Below, in pieces: positions 1-12,391 of a stretch of 64,000 nucleotides of DNA. The notes under the pieces were generated by a model that ran no database searches, had not been told where the DNA came from, and saw nothing but the letters and a program-made list of their open reading frames with translations. The stretch lies in NCBI GenBank assembly GCA_038087875.1, contig JAXLNO010001394.1:1-64000 (forward strand), written 5' to 3'. The stretch is from Malacoraja senta (lineage: Eukaryota). Each line of letters opens with the position of its first letter. Position 1 is the first letter of the stretch. Made by a program: the position numbers and the translations under genes.

Positions 1-36
1 GTCGCCTGGCTGGACGCGATGCCCCAACTCCTGAAC

Positions 37-481
37 ATGAAGGCGGCCTTGGCTGCCATTTTATTGATCTCCTTTCTCGGTCAGTGGTTAGCATTTTAAC
101 GACCATTTTTCATTAGCCTTTCGCTGTCACCGTGTGAAAGATTTCGATAACCATGTGCCCCTTTCTCCTGCAGGTAAATCGGCGGCTCAAATATTGACGC
201 AGTCTCAATTATCGATCACCAAAGGTCCAAGGAAACCTGTCCACTTTTACTGTGAGGTTCAAAATATAGATTTGAAAGAAGCCGTTATACATTGGTACCG
301 GCAGAGGCCGGGGGAAGGGCTGCAGCGGCTATTGTATTTTAAGAATCCATCCGACACTCAGAGAGATGTGGCGGATGAACGATTCATTGCTGGTAAAATA
401 TCTGAGAAAAAATCGTGCACTCTGCTCCTGACGAATATCCAAGCGGATGATGCTGGTACCTATTACTGTGCTTATTGGAAA
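37..481 (+). CDS. TRGV: TCR gamma V gene V1 (leader exon 37-79, intron 80-173, V exon 174-481)
   Basis: ATG at 37 gives the hydrophobic leader MKAALAAILLISFL, then a phase-1 GTCAGT donor and a ctcctgcag acceptor. The V exon is open with C23, IHWYRQ and DAGTYYCAYW, and a 23-RSS follows directly. Confidence 0.95.
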
Positions 482-520
482 CACAGTAGCCGAGAGCGAC
501 GGGAAGCCAGTACATAAACC
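482..520 (+). other. 23-bp spacer recombination signal of V1
   Basis: Heptamer CACAGTA 482-488, 23-nt spacer, nonamer ACATAAACC 512-520. Confidence 0.95.
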
Positions 521-723
521 CAACTTGTGCGTAACATGTTCAGTGGTTCGAGACCAAATCACAGGTGTGGCGTCTGCAGATCTCGGCGAACATCTGCGTA
601 TACCGAGGGCCATTCGGTTTTCTCCACGATGTTATTTGCATTTTATTTTATAACTGGAATGATTAAAGTTGTTTTGACAAATTAAAAATGCACATCAACG
701 TGGATCCGAAGGACATACATTAG

Positions 724-1120
724 TTCATAAATTCATGTGATGGGAGCAGAATTAGGCCATTTGGCCCATCAAGTCTACTTCACCGTTCAATCATGGCTGG
801 TCTATCTTCTCCTCTCAACCTCGCCCTGCCTTCTCCCCATAACCCGTGACACGCATAGTCGTCAAGAATCTATCTATATCTGCTTTAAAAATATCCATTG
901 ACATGGCCTTCACAGCCTTCTGTGGCAATGAATTCCACAGATTCGCCACTCTCTGACAAAAAAAAATTCTCCTCATCTCCTTCCTAAAGGAAAGTCCATT
1001 TATTCTGAGGCTATCACCTCTGGTCCCAGACTCTCCCACTAGTGGAACCATCTTCTCCACATCCACTCTATCCAGGCCATTCGCTATTCGGTAACTTTCA
1101 ATGAGGTACCCCCTCATCCT
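724..1120 (-). mobile_element. CR1 LINE 3' fragment (5'-truncated)
   Basis: ORF 815-1141(-) reads GLDRVD..RG.SLRI..F.QRVANLWNSLP..GYGEKAG, the typical CR1 ORF2 C-terminus, followed by the 3' UTR. Confidence 0.9.
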
Positions 1121-1224
1121 ATGGATACGAACGAATACCAAGCCACTTCTGTCGTCCCCTGGAATGGGCTCACCATGGTCACAAGGAACAAATAGTTAAA
1201 TCTAAGTGCCCCTCTCTGAACTAG

Positions 1225-1745
1225 AGTAATCGAATTGTACACCACGGGAAAATTGTCTTTCGGCCCACCATATCCATGTTGACCTTTTGTATGATCTATA
1301 TTGAACCCATTTGCCCCGCATTAGGCCCGTATCCTTTTTTCTGCCTTATTGATATAACTACATTCCTAAGTGTCTTTAAAGGATGTGGTTGTATCTGATT
1401 TACCTCCCCCCCCCACCACACACACACGTTCCAGATATGAACCACTGTCAGTTAAAAAAAACTTTCCTCTCAAATACCCTTTGAAGGGTCTCGACCGAAT
1501 CGTCACCCATTCCTTGTCTCCAGAGATGCTGTCTGCCTCGCTGAGTTACTCCAGCATATTGTGTCTACCCCCATTAAAATTTATTCCTCTCATCTTAAAA
1601 CTGTACCGTCTTGTTGTTGATATCCCATATCATTGAAAAGAGATTCTATCTACTCTATCTACGGCACTTAATTTTACACCCCAATCTGCTCATTCCTCGC
1701 CCTCCTTCTCCCCATAAAAAAACAGCTCATCTGTCTCTTCCCATA
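1225..1745 (-). mobile_element. Degenerate CR1 3' fragment with a short Penelope-derived repeat inserted at about 1481-1570
   Basis: CR1 3'-UTR-like sequence interrupted by the gaagggtctcgacc...ctgagttactccagc repeat seen many times in the window. Confidence 0.6.
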
Positions 1746-3275
1746 GGTGAAGACCTCCAAGACAGGCAACTAGGACTGGAGTTTAAACTGCATGGTGTAG
1801 TTGAGGTAGGCAGATTGGGAATGAGTGGCATTGGGTGGGTGGGTTTGATAATAGCTGGGTTTGAGGAGTAGGTGGGTCTGGGAAAAGGTGCATTTAATGA
1901 GTGGGTAGGTTTGTGAATATGTGTGTTTGTGGAGTGGGTGATTTGGGGTGGGTAACATTGGGAGCAGGTGATTTGGGGGAGAGAGTAGGTTTGGGAGTGG
2001 ATAGCATTGGGCAGTGGATGGTTTTAGGAGGAGGGAGGTTTGTGGCTATGAGAAGTGGCTGGGTTTACTAGTGGGTGATTTGAGAATAGTTGGGTTTGGG
2101 AAGCGGATGATTAGAGAGTGGGTAGGTGTGGGAGTGGATGGATTTGGACGTTGGTGGGTTTGGCCAGTCGGTGTGTTTGGGCGTAGATGGCTTTGGGTTT
2201 GTTGCCTTATTGAAAGTAATGGCATATACCTTCTTTCAAAATCTTCTAGTGACTAACGAGTTCCTCCATATTCACAACACAGATTCGGCCCTTTAGGAAA
2301 ACCAATGGACATTTTCTTCACTGCCACGGGCTTGGTACAAAATATCCAGATGAGAAAGAGCATTTAATTATATTTTCATTAATTGAAAACCTTTTAGACA
2401 TTAAAAAAAGTGTAATTATGCAGTAATTGAATCCCCATCCCCTTCTCATTCACTTTGTTCCCACTCCACGTGAACAACGTTCTCCCGCTGCCCTGTGATC
2501 CAGTTCCTTTGTCCCGTTCCTTACACTCATCTCCCACTCCTACCCGCTACATCCCCAATATCCTTTGATATTCCCCTTTCACCCCTGATAACTTACCTTC
2601 CTCTCACGATCCCTCCCTCCAGTTCTACATTTCACTCCTCATCTTCCTTCCATATCTGATTCCACATCTGCACCATTTTTGCTCTATTTCACGTCGATGT
2701 TACTGTCTCCACCTGTCTGCCAATCACTGATCTTATCCGAATCTGCATATCACTTGCCAGTTTCTTTCCCACTCCTTCTCCCCTCATTACCAGATGTCTC
2801 CTCTCTACTCCATTAGTCCTAAGAGTCCCAAACCAAAACATCATCTGTCAGTTTTCCTCCACATTATAACTGGGAATTTTCTGATACACTGGAGCAGCCT
2901 GCGAAGCCTTCTTCCCTTGACGGAATTAAAAAAAAGCTCAGTCTCACTCAATCGAGTAACATAGTCTATCGATTTTTTTTAATTATAACATCGTCCACTA
3001 TAACATCGTCCATTTGTAGAACTGTTGGGGAAGTACAATCGACACAGACGCATTATCAAACAAAAAAACTGATGCCAACGCGCATAAGGAGATATATGAG
3101 AGGCAGACTGAAACTTGGTGAAAGAGCCCCAAGGAGCATCCAAAAGGAGGAACAATGGCAAGGATGGAGGTTTGGGAGCAAAGTTTCAGGGTTCAGCAAT
3201 TCACAATTTGAAGGCATTTTCAACAATCGCGAAGTCATTTAGTTTAAGCACCATTGCGCATGGAAGACACTGCGC

Positions 3276-4018
3276 ATGTCCACAGTGGCCCTGGTGTTCT
3301 CAGCCGCCAAGTACTGCGTCTGGTGCCGTAGCCCTCACGCCAAGAAGATGGATGCTGCCCTCCTGCGGACTGTCTCTGGATGCCTACGAGCAACCCCAGT
3401 AAACCAACTGCCCGTCCTCGCTGGCATCGCCCCAGCCAACATCAGACGAGTAGCAGCCACGCTGGCCCAAAAGGCGCAGACCAGTGAATCCCACCTCCTC
3501 CATCAGATCGTCACAGAGACACCACGACGAGTGCGCCTCAAGTCACGGCACCCCTTTGCCACGCAAGCCCAAGAGCTGCTCTGCACAACACCGGATGACG
3601 CTTCTAATGCCGCCCAGGTCAAGACGAGATGGAGAGACCAGTGGAAATCAGCGGAACCATCTAGGCTACACCATTACATCGATGACCCCATGGACATCCT
3701 TAGCCAGGACCTGCCCCGAAAGCAGTGGACAACCCTCAACCGCTTGAGGACAGGCATTGGACGCTATAGAGTAACGATGAAGAGGTGGCGCCTCGTGGAC
3801 AGCGCGTCCTGCGAGTGTGGGGACCCAAGACAGACAGTGGAGCACATAGTCACGAGTTGCCCCAAACACCGGCCACCAAATGGTGAACGAGGTCTGATTG
3901 ACCTGAACGATGACACGTTGGCCTGGCTCGCCTCAATGGAGCTGCAGGTCTAAAAGACACACGACAGAAGAAGAAGAAGAAGAAGAAGAAGAAGAAGAAG
4001 AAGAAGAAGAAGAAGAAG
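3276..4018 (+). mobile_element. Non-LTR retrotransposon 3' end (Ingi/Vingi- or RTEX-like) with (GAA)17 tail
   Basis: ORF 3276-3953 has SGCLRATP..LPVLAGIAP, LNRLRTG and a C-terminal CECG..QT..HI..C knuckle. The GAA microsatellite at 3967-4018 forms the tail. The clade assignment is tentative. Confidence 0.7.
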
Positions 4019-4282
4019 CACCATTTGAATGTCTGGGCACTCACTTGTACGTGATTGTTAACATTTTACAGAAAACTGAAGCTTTGTAATGCATATCTAC
4101 ATATCTATATGTACTGTGATTTTCTTCTTCGTGGAAGGAGCCAAAAAAAAGATAGGTGCAGATGAAGCAGGCAGTTTCTGCATCCCTTTCTTTCAACTTA
4201 TACATTCGAGTTTTCTGCCATCTGTGGAGGCAGGGAGATGGTCGCATTTTGATCCGAGATTGGGGATCGGGCGGTAGGATCG

Positions 4283-4570
4283 GGCAGCACGGTGGCACAG
4301 CGGTATAGCTGCTGTCTTACAGTGCCAGAGAACCGGGTTCGATCCTGACTATGGGTGTTGTCAGTATCGAGTTTGTATGTTCTCCTTATGACCACATGGG
4401 TTTTCTCCGGGTGCACCGGTTTCATCCCATATTCCAAAGACGTTAAGGTTTGTCGGATAAATGGCTTCTGTAAATTGTCCCTTGTGCGTAGGATAGAACT
4501 AGTGTACGGGTGGTCGCTGGTCATCGCGGTCTCGGCGGGCCGAAAGGTCTGTTTCTACGCCGTATCTCTA
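4283..4570 (+). mobile_element. tRNA-derived V-SINE (HE1-like)
   Basis: Pol III box A TGGCACAGCGG and box B GGTTCGATCC, followed by the V-domain-like core (gtttgtatgttctcc...gggttttctccgggtgc). Confidence 0.85.
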
Positions 4571-5411
4571 AACTTACATAAAAATAAATAAACGTGTAAG
4601 ACTCCCTACAATGAGAATCACATTTCATTGGGTTGCCGACAAAACCAGAACAAGGAGCTGAAGTGAACGGATTCTACACACCTCAGTAACCAGGAACATG
4701 GCGAGGGAGCACATCCCACCAATAGTCCAGTGCTTAATGGACACAACGCTGACAGAATTACGGTGCTCCCGCTCATTGACCAGGCGAACAATAAATTTAC
4801 TCTCCCCTGGCTCGCAATCTGAAGTTCGGCCTCGATCCGACACGCCACCTATTCCTTTTCTCCAGAGATGCTGCTTGACCCGCTGAGTTACTCGAGCATT
4901 TTGTGTCTATCTTCGGTGTAAACCGGCATCTGCAGTTCCTTCCTGCTCAAACAATAACTTACGTTTGTATAGAGCCCTGTGGGCTGCGCAAGAACACAAC
5001 TTAAATACTATGTTGCGGGAAGCCGGTGTACACTTGACACTTTAATTTCATGTCTCAATGTAAAACGATGTCGGTCGCGGTAATTCGGTATCGACGGTTT
5101 AAAATGCAAGGGCTGGATGCATGAGACTGCGTTGAAAATAGGCAGACGGATATCTCCTCGGGTAGGGACGGAACAAGCGCAGAATCGCCACGGAATATCA
5201 GGGAGACGCCAGAGTGCACTTGGCACTTGCGGGAATCAAAGATAAGTGGGATAATGCTGGAACATGGCGCTGAGGATCAGACGGGATCTCGGTAAATGGC
5301 GAGCAGGTTCAAAGGGCCGAATGGGCTCTTCCTTCTGCCTCTACATGTTCGTGTCCCACCCCTCCTCCAAGCATCTCCTCCAATGAAAGAGAGGGCCACT
5401 AAAAATCTGCC

Positions 5412-5417
5412 TATAAA
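5412..5417 (+). promoter_or_regulatory. Candidate TATA box of V2
   Basis: TATAAA about 140 bp upstream of the V2 ATG in non-repeat sequence; motif evidence only. Confidence 0.3.
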
Positions 5418-5550
5418 TGGAGGAACATATCTGGCGAAGGGGAGCGGAGTGGATTAATCGCCGACACCAATATCCCGAGGAAAGGGAGTTGATTTCTCCC
5501 AGTTTCTAACCAGTTGGTCGGGTAAATCGCCCCGATCCAGCTGAATGAAC

Positions 5551-5981
5551 ATGTGGCTGAGTTACTGGTTCCTAGCGCTGACTTTGACCTGTGCGTGTCC
5601 TGTAGCTCTGCATGGTTTATCGGTCCATTCCGCCGTGCAGTCTTTTTAATCGGTATCTGATTTTTTTTCTCCAGGTGAATGTTTGGCCCAGACCCTGATC
5701 CAGCCCAAAGCATCGATTAGCAAGTCTGCCGGGAAAACGGGGAGAATCGGGTGTCAAATGAATGGAGTCAGGATTAGCAACACCAACCCCATTCACTGGT
5801 ATCAACAGAAACCCGGCCAATCGCTCACAAGGATACTCTACTTTACAGGCAGCGTGACACGGGACGCGGGATTCGGGAATTCCTACAAAATTGAAAAGAA
5901 TACAGATTCTGAATTTAATCTCATTATCGAAAGATTAACGGCAGAACAATCTGCCACTTATTACTGCGCCTACTGGGTATA
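5551..5981 (+). CDS. TRGV: TCR gamma V gene V2 (leader exon 5551-5590, intron 5591-5674, V exon 5675-5981)
   Basis: Leader MWLSYWFLALTLT (an in-frame ATG also lies at 5545), phase-1 GTGCGT donor and ttctccag acceptor. The open exon reads QTLIQ..C..IHWYQQKPG..ATYYCAYW. Confidence 0.95.
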
Positions 5982-6020
5982 CACAGCGTGTAACAGAAAC
6001 ACAAACTCCGCACAAAAAAC
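5982..6020 (+). other. 23-bp spacer recombination signal of V2
   Basis: CACAGCG 5982-5988, 23 nt, ACAAAAAAC 6012-6020. Confidence 0.92.
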
Positions 6021-6498
6021 CTGTCAGAGTGTGCACCTGATCCGGAGACTGCAACGACCCCCCGCAGGTCATCGAGTGCATCTTCTCCCAGGGCCAGGAG
6101 TTGGGGTCCGAACGAGAGGAAGCCGCGGAAACGGCCGCTTTTGGAGTGTCCTGGCCTCCAGTTACAAGGAAGCTTTTCCGCTTCAATGATGAGGCTGTGG
6201 CTCTGGTGTTATCCAAATTCCTGGAGGGTCGCCTTCAGTGGAGCGGTGGGTGAAGGACGTAACCAAACACACGGCCCGGCCGGTGTGGCGGCAGAGGGAT
6301 ACTGATACTGATCCTCTGCCTTGCTGAGCTCCGCTTTGCCCGCAGGCGGCACGGAAATCGCTATCAAAGCCTCCGCGCTGGTATCTTTGATCAAAACATC
6401 ACAGTTTCTTGGTGGCCGCGCGCGCGCATGCGCACACACACTATCGCACGCGCGAGGCTTCGGCCGTGGGCCCTGTGGACTGCAACATCGGGAGCTGA

Positions 6499-6621
6499 AG
6501 AAGGGTTTCGGCCCGAAACGTTGCCTATTTCCTTCGCTCCATAGATGCTGTTGCACCCGCTGAGTTTCTCCAGCATTTTTGTGTACCTTCGATTTTCCAG
6601 CATCTGCAGTTCCTTCTTTAA
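6499..6621 (+). mobile_element. Short Penelope-derived insertion with hammerhead core and 15-bp TSD
   Basis: Direct repeat AACATCGGGAGCTGA at 6484-6498 and 6622-6636. CTGAAGA-A-GGGTTTCGGCCC-GAAAC-GTT lies at 6495-6522. Confidence 0.75.
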
Positions 6622-6939
6622 AACATCGGGAGCTGACCTGGTTGGTGACCGACTCCGAACTCCAGCAACAGCAGCTTCGTCCGCCCCGAATCGTGGGGCC
6701 TGAATCGGCCCGTTCAGGGGTTTTTTCATCGGCCGGCTGGGGCTTTTACATCGGGAGCCTCGATCGCCTCAGTTTGCAGCAGTTTGATTTTAAGCCGCGC
6801 CGGGCGCTGAAAGGCCCCCCGAACGGGCCGATTCGGCCCTTAGAAAGCGTCTGATAAAGTCCGGATTACAAAACATTGGGGGGGGGGGGGCGTGTCCCCC
6901 CCCCTACCCCTCCAGGATTTTCGCCTCTGCCTGCAGCTC

Positions 6940-7250
6940 CGAAAGTGGGAATTTTCCAGTGAATAGCGAGGTATTTGTGAGCTAGGATGGCGTGGAGTGT
7001 AACCTCGGGAGGGATGATCTCATTGGCCTGGTAGCCTTGCCTTTCTCGATGGAGAGACCACATCACATGGCTTCAATGCTGGTGGGGGGGGGGGTCACAG
7101 TAAGATAGTAAACGGGTATTCCAGCCAACACGCATAGCTAAACATGGCAGCCAAAGTTTCAACTTTGCCTTTCGCGCTGGCATGTTGAGCCGGGTCATTG
7201 GTGAGAATGTAACCGTTATTGGAAACTTCTCCCATTAACATTTTAATGGC
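6940..7250 (-). mobile_element. L1/Tx1-like LINE ORF2 C-terminal remnant
   Basis: The minus-strand translation LAHKYLAIHWKIPT resembles the L1 ORF2 C-terminal A.K.I...WK..P motif. Confidence 0.5.
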
Positions 7251-9571
7251 CAACTACCATTCCGAACTAATTGTGGAAAGATTGCGGATCTTAAATCTGA
7301 CCCCTTGGTAGTGACATTTCTCAACTCCATCTGTTCCAGTTCCTTGTTGTTTCGCACGCTTTATTGTAGTGATATTGGAGTATTGTTTGGGCAGTCTCCT
7401 CAATAATAGATAAATCTGGTGTTTCTCCCAACATGCCCTTCTCATCAAGGCAGGGTGGAGTCTCTGGTTTGTCAGCCAGGAAGAGCGCACACCATCTGGT
7501 TAAGAGAGACTACTCTCCTACCAGGTTCTTGAACCAAGTTGCACAACCATATTCCTACCTTGGTAACATTCCAGGCCACCTCTTGAACTACCATGGACTT
7601 GTTTTCTAATTGTGTTTTGCACTAATGTCTTATTTTTGCCACATCTTTTTAATATATTTTTTTATTGTCTTGCAGAATTTACGTGTAATTTAAGTATAAT
7701 TTACCTTGTGTGTGTTGTCTGAGTATACGCACCTGTGCACATACTGTATACTCAGACATCATGCTATTGCAAGCAAGATTCTCATTGTATCTGTACCTCG
7801 TGATACGTGCATATATGAGGACTATCACCTTCACACCATTGTACAAGTGGGGCATGTCATATCCAGAGAATGTGTTGGAGAAATCTAACACTTTACCTAT
7901 GAGTTATGTCTCTGCAAGTTTGAGTGGGAGCTTGTATGGGTGACCTGGGATAATTGGTGTAGAGCACTCTCAAGGAAATGTGATTGGAACCCACCACGCT
8001 GACCTGGACAACCTGCAGGTACATGAAATATTAATCTTAATCTTAAATTTCTCATGTGCAACAAGAAATGATTGAGGGCATTGGGTTCAGCAGAGGCTTT
8101 GAGACAAGAAAAACAAATCAGTAGTACTGACGCCCTGCACCTTGGCTGTGTCTCTAGACAAGCTGTTCCAGTATAGGTACACTGCTGCCATTGGTTCTAT
8201 CAGATGGAAAATTGAAAATTGACCAGCTAATCTGATGGTCAATGATGAAGAAACAGCAGAGCAATCCAAATGACCAATGCCACGCAATCAGAACAGTCTC
8301 AATCATTAGCTAAGTGGTGGAGGATGTCTTCACAGCAAAAAGCAGGAAAAAGCAGTGATTGGCTCTAGCCCGAGTGGGAGGAGAGTTGAGTCAGAGGGGG
8401 AAACAGTTTAACACTGAGGAATTTGGTTTGTAAATTGGTAAATTAGGCAATTTATCAGTCAATATAAGCAAGACGACTCTTAGGGAGCAGCAGTGAGGGA
8501 GCGTCCTTGTGAGCAAAGTGTGAGTCTTTGGCTCGAGATTCTTCGGAGAGGAGGCTGAGGAGAGGAGGCTACGCATAAAGCTCGAGAAGATGGAACGTGG
8601 TGAACACATGTCGGGGCAGATGAGATAGTGTGAGGCTTGCAGAATGTGGGAGCCCAGGGACATGAATGGAGCCTCTGGCTGCTACAACTGTGGCAAGTGT
8701 ATCCAGCTTCAGCTCCTAAAGGACCGTGTTGGGGCACTGGAGAAGCAGCTGGATGACCCCAGGGCCATCCAGGAAAACAAGAGTTTCCTGGACAGGACCT
8801 ACAGTGAGGCAGTCATGCCGAGGATACAGGAAGAACCAAGGTGTGTTACGGAGAGAAAGGGTGGAAATCGTGGAGTGCAGAAGACCCAGGTGGCTGTGTT
8901 TAATGAAAACAGGTATGCCCTCTTGGGAACTGTCCAGGGAGACGATGTTTCCAGTCCGAGCGACAGACATGTCGGTGGCTCCAATCCTAGAGATGGGACT
9001 CCACCGGCGAGACCGACGTCGGGCAGAGCCCTAGTGGTGGGTGACTCCATTGTCCGAGGAGTGGATAGGAGATTCTGTGGCGGCAGACGAGATGCGAGGA
9101 TGGTCTGTTGCCTCCCTGGTGCCAAGGTTCAGGATGTCACGAGCCAAATTCAGAACAACCTCAAGAGAGAAAGTGAACAGCCGGCAGTAATTGTGCACGT
9201 AGGCACACACGACAACGAGAAGAAGAGGAAGGAGGTTCTCCAACATGACTTCAGAGAGTTGGGAAGAAGACTGAAATGCCGGACTTCTAGGGTGATTATC
9301 TCTGGATTGCTTCCAGTACCTCGTGCTAGTGAGGACAGGAACAGGGAGAGAGGATCTGAATGTGTGGCTGAGGGGCTGGAGCAGGGAGCAAGGATTTAGA
9401 TTTATAGACCACTGGGATCCCTTCTGGGGTAGGGGTGACCCAACAAAAGGAACGGGTTACACCTTAACTGGAGGGGGACCGACATTCTGGCAGGCAGGTT
9501 TGCTAGGGCTACACGTGTGGGTTTAAACTAAATAGTGGGGGGGAGGGATTGACAAATTGAGAGAGAGTTCC

Positions 9572-10430
9572 AATTCCAATTCAATTTATTTGTCTTTTGA
9601 GGGACAAATTTGTCATTTGGACCCCTTGAGGTCCAAACGAAATGTCGTTTCTGCAGCCATACAATACAAAACAAAGAAGACCCGAGACACAACACAATTT
9701 ACACATACATCCATCACAACGCTGTGATGGAAGGCAAAAATAACGTATCTCTCCACTGCACTCCCCCCCCCCCCCATGTCAGAGTCAAAGTCAAAGCCCC
9801 CGGCGGGCGATGGTGATTGTCCCGCAGCCATTAAAGCCACGCCGGGTGATGCAAGGTCACGCACCGGGTCTTGGTGTTAGAGCCCCGGCGCTCGCCCGCA
9901 AAGTCCGGCAGCCATTCCAAGCCGCGCGGGGGGATAAAGCCCCGCTCCAGGTGCTCCTCAAACCCGCAACTCGGGCGGGAGAAGTCGCCGCTGCGGAAGC
10001 CCCGAAAAGCAGTCTCCCACCAGGGGACCCGCGGGCTTCCAGTGTTGCCGTCCGCCAGACCCGCGGTTGTAGCCTCCGAATCTCCGGCGGTCGGGTCGCA
10101 GCAGCGATTGTCTCCACCACAGCTCCACCCGCTCCGGACTCGGCCAGCCCCGCGACGGTGAGTAGTCCGCAGCTCCACGGGAGCCCCAGGTCGTTCCTGC
10201 TGGAGGCCGCGTTGCCCAGCCCCAACGACAACGGAGACCCGACAAAGAAAAGGTCGGGTCTCCCGTGCAGCGGAAAGATTTTAAAGTTTCCCCCCCCCAC
10301 CCCACCCCCACCCCCACCCCCCCACACACATACCCCGACAAAAAAAAATAATAAAAACTACATAAAAACGAGACAAAAATAATAAAAAGACAGACGGACT
10401 GCAGAGGCCGCTGCAACGAAAAGTCGCGCC
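9572..10430. mobile_element. Unclassified interspersed repeat inserted between CR1-A ORF1 and ORF2
   Basis: Abrupt switch to unrelated GC-rich sequence beginning with a caattc-type microsatellite and atttatttgtc, typical of a minus-strand LINE tail. CR1 sequence resumes at about 10431. Confidence 0.55.
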
Positions 10431-12391
10431 GGGAGTATAAAGATGGAGTTGAAGGGGAAGTGACTACAAGAAAAATTACAAAAGATTCTCAAATTAATAG
10501 GAAGGAAAGCTCGAGAATGACAACAGAGTAAGGTCAGGGCCAATTGCGAGGGGGGAAGTGAATACGGAGGTCAAAGTACTGTATATGAATGCGCGAAGTA
10601 TAAGGAATAAAGTGGACGAGCTTGAGGCTCAGTTAGAAACTGGCAAGTATGATGTTGTGGGAATTACTGAGACATGGCTGCAAGAGGGCCAGGGCTGGGA
10701 ACTGAATATTCAAGGGTATACCTCCTATCGAAAAGACAGACAGGTGGGCAGAGGGGGTGGAGTTGCCCTGTTGGTGAGGAATGAAATTCAGTCCCTTGCA
10801 AGGGGTGACATTGAAAAAAGAGATGTGGAGTCAGTATGGGTAGAACTAAGGAATTGTAAGGGTAAAAAAACCCTAATGGGACTAATCTACAGGCCCCCAA
10901 ACAGTAGCCTGTTATGGGAGATTTCAACATGCAGGTAGACTGGGAAAATCAGGTTGGTACTGGACCCCAAGAAAGGGACTTTGTAGAGTGCCTTCGTGAT
11001 GGATTCTTAGAACAGCTTGTATTGGAGCCTACCAGGGAGAAGGCAATTCTGGATTTAGTGTTATGTAATGAACCGGATTTGATAAAGGACCTCGAGGTTA
11101 ATGAGCCATTAGGAGGCAGTGACCATAACATGGTCAGGTTTAATCTACAATTGGAGAGGGAGAAGGGTAGATCGGAGGTGTCAGTGTTGCAGTTGAATAA
11201 AGGGGATTATGGGGCCATGAGGGAGGAGCTGGCCAAAGTTGACTGGAAACATACACTAGCAGGGATGACAGTGGAACAAAAATAGCAGGTATTTCTAGGA
11301 ATAATACAGAAGGTGCAGGATCAGTTCATTCCTAGGAGGAAGAAAGATTCCAAGGGGAGAAAGGGACGATCATGGCTGACAAGGGTCATCAGGGACAGTA
11401 TAAAAATTAAAGCGAAGAAGTACAACGTAGCAAAGATGAGCGGGAAGCAAGAGGATTCGGTAATTTTTAAAGAACAACAGAAGATAACCAAAAAGACAAT
11501 ACAGGAAGAAAAGATGAGGTACGAAGGTAAGCTAGCCAAGAATATAAAGCAGGATAGTAAAAGCTTCTTTAGGTATGTGAAGAGGAAAAAATTAGTTAAG
11601 ACCAAAGTTGGACCCTTGAAGACCGAAAAAGGTGACTTTATTATGGGGTACAAGGAAATGGCAGATGAGTTGAACAGGTACTTTGGATCTGTCTTCACTA
11701 AGGAGGACACAAACAATCTTCCTGATATAGTAGTGGCCAGAGGATCTGGGGTGACAGAGGAACTGAAGGAAATCCACATTAGGCAGGAAATGGTGTTGGA
11801 TAGACTGATGGGACTGAAGGCAGATAAATCCCCAGGGCCTGATGGTCTGCATCCCACGGTACTTAAGGAAGTGTCTCTAGAAATCATGGATGCATTGGTG
11901 ATAATTTTCCAATGTTCTCTAGACTCAGGATCAGTTCCTGTGGATTGGAGGGTAGCTAATGTTTTCCCACTTTTTAAGAAAGGCGGGAGAGAGAAAACGG
12001 GGAATTATAGACCAGTTAGCCTGACATCGGTGGTGGGGAAGATGCTGGAGTCAATAATAAAAGATGAGATAGCCGCACATTTGGATAGCAGTAACAGGAT
12101 CGGTCCAAGTCAGCATGGTTTTACGAAGGGCAATCATGCCTGACTAATCTTCCGGAATTTTTTGAAGATGTAACTAGGAAAATGGACAAGGGAGAGCCAG
12201 TGGATGTAGTGTACCTGGACTTTCAGAAAGCATTTGATAAGGTCCCACATAGGAGATTAGTGGGCAAAATTAGGGCACATGGTGTTGGGAGTAGAGTGCT
12301 GACATGGAAAGAGAAGTGGTTGGCAGACAGGAAACAAAGAGTAGGGATTAACGGGTCCCTTTCAGAATGGCGGCCAATGACTAGTGGGGTA

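Noticed and set aside
420-422. Third Cys in FR3 (KSCTL) of V1 and V3 as a possible disulfide partner for the J0 cysteines
   Set aside because: The position corresponds to an inward-facing strand-E residue far from CDR3, so pairing is structurally unlikely.
1750-2830. G/T-rich then pyrimidine-rich low-complexity tracts with ORFs in the track
   Set aside because: These are compositionally biased, decayed repeat sequence, and the ORFs have no domain signal.
9810-10416. Several long overlapping GC-rich ORFs; similar at 6209-6854
   Set aside because: They arise from stop-poor GC-rich interspersed repeats, show no recognisable motifs, and are open on both strands.
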